In this document: positions 23,005 to 29,068 of the stretch, one piece after another
How the letters are laid out: the number at the start of each line of letters is the position of its first letter
Numbering within the stretch: position 1 is the stretch's first letter
Origin: a virus
Taxonomy: Duplodnaviria > Caudoviricetes
Strand: one strand, 5' to 3'
Length of the DNA: 29,068 bases
Virus record (IMG/VR): IMGVR_UViG_3300033076_000152
Coordinates: 1-29,068 of that record
The notes under the pieces: generated by a model
Database searches by the model: none
Seen by the model: only the letters and a program-made list of their open reading frames with translations
Told to the model about the DNA's origin: nothing
Translations under genes and position numbers: made by a program

Positions 23005-23535
23005 TTATAATATTGGACTTGTTCTGGTCCATCTTTGACATACTCTCCAAGTCTTTTCGCAAATGCCCATATCGTCTACATCCATGCCTCTATTCTCGTA
23101 GCCATAGTTTATTTGGTCTAAAATAGCTATTTTAAGTTCTTTTGGTACACTTGTCATGCCAGTTGTATAAACCGCAGTCATATTAGCGTATAAAGGCCAA
23201 TTAAGGTTAGGATATTGCCCACCGATTAACTTGTACACTCCACTAGGTACAACGTTGCCATTTTCATCCGTAAGGCTTGTAAATGATGTCATTGGTCCAA
23301 ATGGTAATTGAAAGTTACCAGCAAGGTTTGTGAACCATAAAGTAACTGTCTTAGGAGTGATGCTTATGTTAGCAGCCTTTTCAACCGCTTGTCTTGATTG
23401 CGTTATTAATTCAGCAAATAAATCATCTTCTACGTCATTAGAAACACGGCAATATTGTTTAGCCTCTTCAACTGTTACTGGCTCTGTAATAGTGCCTAAA
23501 TCCGCTTGAGTATAATCTATGATGAAATTGTACAT
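23005..23535 (-). CDS. Head-tail connector (gp6/gp15-like)
   Basis: EPVTVEEAKQYCRV...DDLFAELI...VPKELKIAIL...YENRG. Confidence 0.88.
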   Translation of the reverse strand: MYNFIIDYTQADLGTITEPVTVEEAKQYCRVSNDVEDDLFAELITQSRQAVEKAANISITPKTVTLWFTNLAGNFQLPFGPMTSFTSLTDENGNVVPSGVYKLIGGQYPNLNWPLYANMTAVYTTGMTSVPKELKIAILDQINYGYENRGMDVDDMGICEKTWRVCQRWTRTSPIL

Positions 23536-23548
23536 AAAACCTTTTTTA

Positions 23549-23556
23549 CAAATTTA
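23549..23556 (-). promoter_or_regulatory. Bacteroidota -7 promoter element (TAAATTTG) for the neck/tail operon
   Basis: Intergenic, just downstream of the capsid terminator and 13 nt before ATG 23535. Confidence 0.65.
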
Positions 23557-23569
23557 CATTAATTATAAT

Positions 23570-23602
23570 AAAAAACCCCACCGATTAAGGCAGGGTTCTT
23601 TT
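23570..23602 (-). terminator. Rho-independent terminator after the major capsid gene
   Basis: AACCCTGCC-TTAATC-GGTGGGG followed by TTTTTT. Confidence 0.85.
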
Positions 23603-23619
23603 ATTTAGATAGGTAAAGA

Positions 23620-24711
23620 TTAAGCAACGTTACCGAAATCTGCGAAGATAGCAGAACCAGTTTGCATTAAGTTTACATCTTCGTAACACTCAATACGAGC
23701 GGTTACTAAGTTTTGTTGGAAGTTACTAGCGTTCTCATAAGAGAATTCGATAGCTAATCCTTCAACTTCAACTCTTTCTGTGTAGTTGTTATCTAAGATT
23801 AACACCTTGTCATCAGCTACCCAAGAAGCAGCGATTACTGGTACACCCCAAATTGTAATACCACCATTAGGGTTAACAACAACTGAACCACTACCAGCGT
23901 AGTAACCAGCGTTGATTGTGTCTTTCAATAAACGACCCATTTGAGTAGGAGATACTACTGCGAAAGAAGCTACATAGTTAGCAGCTTTTTGGTTACCGAT
24001 ATAGTCAATCAATTGCTTTAAATCAGTTGTTTCAGCAGTTGTAGTTGAACCAGTTGCAGCACTAGATACAGTTGTATAGAAAGCAGCGTTTTCAGCTTTG
24101 TAGAAATCTCTAGTCAACATTCTTGGTAAAGTTGTAGACAAGAATGGTAAAGACTTAGCCATTTGCTTAGAGAAAGTAGAGAAACCTGCAATGTAGTCGT
24201 TTACTACTTTAACTTCACTTAAAGCGTAGTTATTTTGTCCTTTGTCAGCACCTTCTGTTTGAGCACCGATGTTGTTAGTTGTTGCAGTTTCTTTATAGAA
24301 TACATACAAACCACTTGCACTTCTTACTGTAGGGATTAAGTCACGGAAGTTAACCGCTTGACTTGGTAAGATAGCAGCGTTAGGAGCGTAAGACGCTTGA
24401 GCATCTCCAGTTAAAGAACCAGACAAAGTCATAGTCTTAACATCAGATAAATCTAAACGGAATTTACCGCCAGACTTCATTTCTTTCTCCATTAAATCCA
24501 TGTTACCATCAAGTTTCTCCATGATAACTTCGTCCATGAATTTTACTTGCTTAGAAGCCGCTTTCTTTTGAGCAGCGTTTTGTGCGTCGATTTGCTTTTG
24601 CATTTCGTCAGCAACAACTTTGATAGAAGTTTTTACTTCTTCAATTTGAGCAGATACGTCAGACTTAATGCCTTTTACGTTTTCTGCCATTTCGTTAATT
24701 AAATGTTCCAT
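23620..24711 (-). CDS. Major capsid protein, HK97 fold
   Basis: Coiled-coil delta-domain-like N-terminus; EGADKG, IAGFSTFSKQM, TIWGVPVI and NFQQNLVTARIE motifs; follows the protease. Confidence 0.93.
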   Translation of the reverse strand: MEHLINEMAENVKGIKSDVSAQIEEVKTSIKVVADEMQKQIDAQNAAQKKAASKQVKFMDEVIMEKLDGNMDLMEKEMKSGGKFRLDLSDVKTMTLSGSLTGDAQASYAPNAAILPSQAVNFRDLIPTVRSASGLYVFYKETATTNNIGAQTEGADKGQNNYALSEVKVVNDYIAGFSTFSKQMAKSLPFLSTTLPRMLTRDFYKAENAAFYTTVSSAATGSTTTAETTDLKQLIDYIGNQKAANYVASFAVVSPTQMGRLLKDTINAGYYAGSGSVVVNPNGGITIWGVPVIAASWVADDKVLILDNNYTERVEVEGLAIEFSYENASNFQQNLVTARIECYEDVNLMQTGSAIFADFGNVA

Positions 24712-24714
24712 TTC

Positions 24715-25482
24715 TTACTTTTTAAATAGATTGTTAAATTGTTTGATAGCTTTGAGAACTTGCTCATTATCTTCAGTCTTTTCTTCAGTAGTCGGCTCAA
24801 CTGCTAATGCGGGTTGAGTGATTTCTTTGATTACTTCAATTTCCAATAATTCAGCTTGGATTCTCTTTATTTCAATCTCTACTAAGCTAAACGTTTCGTC
24901 AGTAAATCTACCGCCTTTAAACGCTTTAATTAGCTTTTCAAGTCTGTCGCTCAATTGTTTTCTTTTGTCAGCCGCTTCCATTTCTCCTTTAAATCCTAAA
25001 GTTGGAGTTTCTGGATTAGCACCCCATAAAACCGCTGAACCTTCGTAAAGTTTCAATTCAGTAATGGTTCTAACACCTTCTTTGTTTACGTTTGACTTAA
25101 TCGTACTAAATCCGATTGAGTGTTGGTTAATTAAACCAGCTTCGTAAAGTTTTATAATGTCTTCGCCCTTTTCAGTTTCTACGATTGGAGTGATTGCAAT
25201 TAACATATCATTCTCAACGTATAACTGCTCTGGCTTACCAATAACATTGTTCATATCAGCACAATGGTCAACTAAAGACCAAACTAAGTTTTTGCCTTTT
25301 GGACCTCTTTCGCTAATAGTCTTAGTGAACGCTTCTGGTACGATAATGTCATTGTCTAAATCAACGTTGCCGCACATCGCCCATACCGCCTTTACTCGTC
25401 TTTGCTCACTATCAACATCCATGATGTTATAGCCAATATCTTGTTTCTCAACAAGTGTATTTTTAAGTTGCATTGTACTCAT
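24715..25482 (-). CDS. HK97-family prohead protease
   Basis: GNVDLDNDIIVPEAFTKTI...LVDH...HSIGF...ELKLYEGSAVLWGANPET. The true start may be the second Met (25473). Confidence 0.92.
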   Translation of the reverse strand: MSTMQLKNTLVEKQDIGYNIMDVDSEQRRVKAVWAMCGNVDLDNDIIVPEAFTKTISERGPKGKNLVWSLVDHCADMNNVIGKPEQLYVENDMLIAITPIVETEKGEDIIKLYEAGLINQHSIGFSTIKSNVNKEGVRTITELKLYEGSAVLWGANPETPTLGFKGEMEAADKRKQLSDRLEKLIKAFKGGRFTDETFSLVEIEIKRIQAELLEIEVIKEITQPALAVEPTTEEKTEDNEQVLKAIKQFNNLFKK

Positions 25483-25486
25483 GTAA

Positions 25487-25494
25487 CAAAGTTA
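25487..25494 (-). promoter_or_regulatory. Bacteroidota -7 promoter element (TAACTTTG) for protease/capsid
   Basis: Intergenic TAnnTTTG; the same octamer occurs before the portal. Confidence 0.65.
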
Positions 25495-25509
25495 TTAATT
25501 TTTTATTTA

Positions 25510-26412
25510 TTATTTTAACGCTTCAGCTATTAAGTTGCCTATTTCCATACCGACTACATTACCAAGCACTCCCCATATAAAACCAATATCGCCAACTGGT
25601 GGATTATTTTGTAATGTCTTTAGTTTCCCGTTTGCATCTCGCACCGCTTCAAATGCAACAGTACATCTACAATTACAAGTATTTGCCGCACTCGCTCCGC
25701 TATCGCATGGGTGCATCATTAATTCAACACCGCCTTCATGTATTCCACCTTTTGCCTTGTAACTAGTTGGAACTCTAAAAGGTTGGTCGTAATTTACTTT
25801 TACCCCATCCATAACTAAATGGTCTGCATAGCTTGGCGGCATACGTCTTGTCCTTGCATCTCTTGTAGCAATCCATTCTTTCATTGTAACCAATCCAGTT
25901 GCAGTTGCACCAACCATTGCACCTAAATTAGCCGCACGACCAGTTTCAGTTCTTGCTATTAACTCGGCTCTAAAGTCAGTTATGCCAGATTTTCTTAGTA
26001 ATGGGATAAGTTCATTTATTGTTAGGTTATTATCAAAACCTTTTTGTAAGTATTCGGCTATTTGCTTTGCAGTTGTGTTTGTGATTTCGTCTGCAATATT
26101 GTTTACACCTTGACGCTCCAAAAACTGAAGAATAACATAGGCATAAATATCGCTTTGACTCATTTTAACCTCAAATGGCTCATAAAACCCTTTTGTTGTC
26201 TTTTTAACGGACTTATTTGTTATTGTAGCCATCTTTGTACCCAAAGCCACATGAAGCTGCTTAATCGTCTTCGCTATGCCCTTAGAACTCATTGCGGAGT
26301 AATCTTGGGTACGACAAAACGTATCAACCTGCTTTTGTAGTTCTTTTTGGAACTTGGGCGAGTATTGTTTAAGTGCGTTATAGTAAAGTTGTTTGTATTG
26401 AGTCCAAACCAT
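25510..26412 (-). CDS. MuF/SPP1 gp7-like minor head protein
   Basis: RAELIARTETGRA...KEWIATRDARTR...DHLVMDG...HP.D...NTCNCRCT. Confidence 0.9.
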   Translation of the reverse strand: MVWTQYKQLYYNALKQYSPKFQKELQKQVDTFCRTQDYSAMSSKGIAKTIKQLHVALGTKMATITNKSVKKTTKGFYEPFEVKMSQSDIYAYVILQFLERQGVNNIADEITNTTAKQIAEYLQKGFDNNLTINELIPLLRKSGITDFRAELIARTETGRAANLGAMVGATATGLVTMKEWIATRDARTRRMPPSYADHLVMDGVKVNYDQPFRVPTSYKAKGGIHEGGVELMMHPCDSGASAANTCNCRCTVAFEAVRDANGKLKTLQNNPPVGDIGFIWGVLGNVVGMEIGNLIAEALK

Positions 26413-26798
26413 TATGCATCTATTTTCTCCAATAGTTTACCAGCAGCTTCAAATATTGCAGTTTCTTTATTTTGTCCCGCTCTTTGTCTTATAGCAATAA
26501 GTCCCGCTCTATCTATTGTTTTAAAGTCGCTTGTAAAGACATAAGTCCAATATCCTTTAGTTGTAGCTACTGTGCTATTATCAATACCTAAATGCCATTT
26601 GCCATACGCTTCAATACCTTCTTTCTCAATATAAGCGTTTTCTTCAGCTGCGGTTGGATGTTGCCAAGAATTAGGTTTAATTACTTTGCCGTCTGCAATT
26701 AGATTATTTGCAAAAGTGTAACCAGCTTTGTTTATACCAGTTGTAGCTTTTAACTCCTCAATAAGGGATAAAAACTTGTCAAAGTGTTTAGTTTCCAT
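26412..26798 (-). CDS. Conserved hypothetical protein
   Basis: A..LIADGKV...W..PTAAEENAYIEKEG...YGKWHLG.D...DF..I.R.GL.A..RAGQ resembles an uncharacterised bacterial family (recalled, not searched). Confidence 0.7.
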   Translation of the reverse strand: METKHFDKFLSLIEELKATTGINKAGYTFANNLIADGKVIKPNSWQHPTAAEENAYIEKEGIEAYGKWHLGIDNSTVATTKGYWTYVFTSDFKTIDRAGLIAIRQRAGQNKETAIFEAAGKLLEKIDA

Positions 26799-26803
26799 AT
26801 TAT

Positions 26804-27181
26804 TTATTTATTTGGGTTATATGCCCAGTTCTTTAAGCTAATATCTCTTTTAGAAGGGCAATCTTTTGATACTGGTTCGCCTTGCTCCATATTCTTCATT
26901 CTGCTAATAAAACTTATTGTCCTATTTGCTGACTTAACTTCATCTGCTCCCCAATCAGCTTTTTTCTTAGATAAAAGGTTTAAATTCCTATTTATTGGTC
27001 CTCTATCCAAACTTGCCTTTTTTGAGCAATCCGTTTCACTCCACGCTTTTAACTCTGAATAAGACATATTTACTAATCCATGATACTTTGCGTAAACTTC
27101 GTCAATAGTATCTTGTAGATTGAATTTTAACTGAACCTTTAAATCAAATAAATTGTCTATAAAATCGTCTATATTATTCAT
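26804..27181 (-). CDS. DUF3140-like protein
   Basis: LVNMSYSELKAW...S...KK.DW...ISFISRM...SLKNWAYNP matches the DUF3140 pattern (VNM...L..W ... SL.NWGHDP). Confidence 0.7.
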   Translation of the reverse strand: MNNIDDFIDNLFDLKVQLKFNLQDTIDEVYAKYHGLVNMSYSELKAWSETDCSKKASLDRGPINRNLNLLSKKKADWGADEVKSANRTISFISRMKNMEQGEPVSKDCPSKRDISLKNWAYNPNK

Positions 27182-27546
27182 TACTTCAATGTTAAAAGGT
27201 ATAAATGTCTTCCGATTAAAGCAGCGATTTCATCTACTTGATTTTGAATCCAAGTATCTTGATAAATTGTCTTTCTTTCTTTTTGTACGTACTCATATAG
27301 GTTCTTGTAGTACGTATATATTTGGTCACTACTTTGATAATTTTGTAAGGTAGCAACGGAATAGTTTTTAGGTCTTCCGTAAATTCCAGAAACGCTTTCT
27401 ACTAATCCATCGTAAAGGTCTGCTAAATTATCTTGGAACTTATCTAATGCCTTATGCTCTGCGTAACTTGTCGTTTGATTATGCCAAACAATAGTTTGTT
27501 CCTTTGCGTCTAATAGTGTACTTAAAAACTCTACAAATGTTGCCAT
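27181..27546 (-). CDS. Ferritin/Dps-like four-helix protein (DUF5856-like)
   Basis: WHNQTTSYAEHKALD...DLYDGLVES..GIYGR...IQNQVDEI...YLLTLK. Confidence 0.75.
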   Translation of the reverse strand: MATFVEFLSTLLDAKEQTIVWHNQTTSYAEHKALDKFQDNLADLYDGLVESVSGIYGRPKNYSVATLQNYQSSDQIYTYYKNLYEYVQKERKTIYQDTWIQNQVDEIAALIGRHLYLLTLK

Positions 27547-27547
27547 C

Positions 27548-28939
27548 TTAACTTATTTTATTTGTTCCGTCTGGAATTGTTAAAGGTTGGTATGTGTCTA
27601 ATGGTTGCAAATTAGAAGGAACGTAAATCTTCTCTAATTCAGTTGAATCAATGTATTCTGGTATTTTTATACCCAAAATTTCCATTTTTTGTTTTGGGCA
27701 TATATACCATGCCTTGTCTAACCAATCAACTTGCTCTGTCTTGTTTGCCTCAAGTTCTTGATATACTTGGATGTCATAACCTACATAAATATTCGTTCCT
27801 CTATAACCCCAATCGCTATGTAACTTTCTATTTAGGTTTTCTGTGATTGCATCTAACAAAGGAATAGCACAACGTAAAGTCAATGCCTTCTCGCCTTCTC
27901 TTTGGTTATTGTAAGTCTTATTATCTGCGTCGTTTAATAACTGGCTTGGCACTCCGTAAATATTACAAAGCGACTTCATGTCCCACTTCTCTGATTCAAT
28001 GATATTGAGTTCAACTGGACTCAAGCCGATTTGCTTCCAATCTACCTTGTACCCACTAACTGCAATAGAATTAAAGTTTGCCGAACCGCCTTTCTCGCTA
28101 ACTGCCTTTTTAAGTGCTTGTGCTTGTTGCGTTCCACTAGTAGGGTCAAATCTATCATCGTTCATAAATAAAACCCCTGCTGGTCCACCATTTTGGAATG
28201 ATGCAACCGCCGCCGTTTTAGCTTCATTAGAACGGGTTAAAGTTCTAGCTGCTGCCATAAGGGGAGATTGTCCGTACAACTCGTTACCAGTAACATTCCA
28301 TGCAGGGTTGAAGAACTTGTCGTGTAATATTTCCTTTGTGTCAAAGGTCCACATCTTTCCGTAGTAAAGCTGATATCCCACTCTAACTGGTGGGAACACC
28401 TCCACATTGGCAATGATAGCCATGTACTGTGCTGGTAGTGCGTATAATTCAAAAGGTTTGCCATCGTTTGCTCCACCTTCAATCATTTTAGCGTAAATAA
28501 ATGAGTTACCAGTAAGCAACTTAAAACCACACCATTGCTCAACTAAATCTCCCCAAGTATCTTCTCCGTTTGGATATTTTATTAATTCGTTTAATCTTGA
28601 ATCTCCAGTATATATTTCAAATGCTTTCTTGTGTAATTGTTTTACTTCATGCCAGTTTTCAATCTTATCTGGCTGCTTCATTAACGACTTGTATCTTTTA
28701 GCCGCAGCTTCATCAACTACCTTGTAAACGTGGAATGGTGCTAACTTTGCCTTATCTGAAATTAGTTTAATGATTGAATAAACTATATCATTTTGTTGAT
28801 AGCCATCACGAACGTATGCTTGGGCGTTTTGCCCTTGCCATGTTACAATTCCTTGTTGTATTGCTACTTGTGAACCTAAAGGATATGTAGGTAAAAGAGT
28901 GTTTACTTTCTTTTTGCTAAAGAAATCAAATAATCCCAT
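27548..28939 (-). CDS. Portal protein, HK97 family
   Basis: NDIVYSIIKLI...PN...LLTGNSF...YGQSPL...FQNGGPAGVL...LCNIYGVPSQLL...TYNNQRE; follows terL. Confidence 0.95.
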   Translation of the reverse strand: MGLFDFFSKKKVNTLLPTYPLGSQVAIQQGIVTWQGQNAQAYVRDGYQQNDIVYSIIKLISDKAKLAPFHVYKVVDEAAAKRYKSLMKQPDKIENWHEVKQLHKKAFEIYTGDSRLNELIKYPNGEDTWGDLVEQWCGFKLLTGNSFIYAKMIEGGANDGKPFELYALPAQYMAIIANVEVFPPVRVGYQLYYGKMWTFDTKEILHDKFFNPAWNVTGNELYGQSPLMAAARTLTRSNEAKTAAVASFQNGGPAGVLFMNDDRFDPTSGTQQAQALKKAVSEKGGSANFNSIAVSGYKVDWKQIGLSPVELNIIESEKWDMKSLCNIYGVPSQLLNDADNKTYNNQREGEKALTLRCAIPLLDAITENLNRKLHSDWGYRGTNIYVGYDIQVYQELEANKTEQVDWLDKAWYICPKQKMEILGIKIPEYIDSTELEKIYVPSNLQPLDTYQPLTIPDGTNKIS

Positions 28940-28955
28940 ATATGTACATTTATGT

Positions 28956-28963
28956 CAAAGTTA
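28956..28963 (-). promoter_or_regulatory. Bacteroidota -7 promoter element (TAACTTTG) for the portal operon
   Basis: Intergenic TAnnTTTG 16 nt upstream of the portal ATG. Confidence 0.65.
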
Positions 28964-28974
28964 GTTATTTTATA

Positions 28975-29068
28975 CTAAAAAACTGAAACTTGAAAACGAG
29001 GCGTATATTCAAACACCATTCGCATAGCCAAACAATCGCTAAAGTCTGGAGAACGACCTATCAATGCT
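28975..29068 (-). CDS. terL: Terminase large subunit, C-terminal end (joins to 1217..1)
   Basis: In frame across the junction: ...KDKV-K-ALIGRSPDFSDCLAMRMVFEYTPRFQVSVF*; GRSPDxxD is the last nuclease motif. Confidence 0.93.
   Translation of the reverse strand, partial: ALIGRSPDFSDCLAMRMVFEYTPRFQVSVF

Noticed and set aside
1404-28364. All plus-strand ORFs in the track
   Set aside because: Each is antisense to a well-supported minus-strand gene and has no recognisable motif; treated as shadow ORFs.
28237-28482. 81-aa minus-strand ORF
   Set aside because: Alternative frame inside the portal gene, with no motif support.
1-29068. Stop-codon reassignment, tRNA genes, integrase/att site
   Set aside because: Genes are full length in the standard code with TAA, TAG and TGA all used as stops; no cloverleaf or recombinase motif recognised by eye.

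Overview
The window appears to be a complete 29,068-bp circular or circularly permuted genome of a small tailed phage with an HK97-type head and a non-contractile (siphovirus-like) tail. The terminase large subunit runs off position 1 and continues in frame at position 29068. Every credible gene is on the minus strand. TAnnTTTG promoter motifs before most operons point to a Bacteroidota host. Gene order in reading direction: early and replication genes (8982->2096), ParB-like, terS, terL, portal, three accessory head-region genes, MuF-like, protease, capsid, neck and tail genes (including a -1 frameshifted chaperone and a second tail-tube paralog), S74-chaperoned fibre, lysis cassette, phosphoesterase/NTP-PPase/HExxH cluster, and a 400-bp non-coding control region. 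No integrase, CI-like repressor, polymerase, tRNA or CRISPR array was recognised. The most interesting signal is an apparent RNA-based control layer. (1) Two tandem promoter-sRNA-terminator units (9239-9375) are antisense to the start-codon regions of the first six early genes. (2) An H-type pseudoknot follows the first early gene. (3) A kissing-loop, attenuator-like leader precedes the replication initiator. All family assignments are from motif recognition by eye, not database searches.
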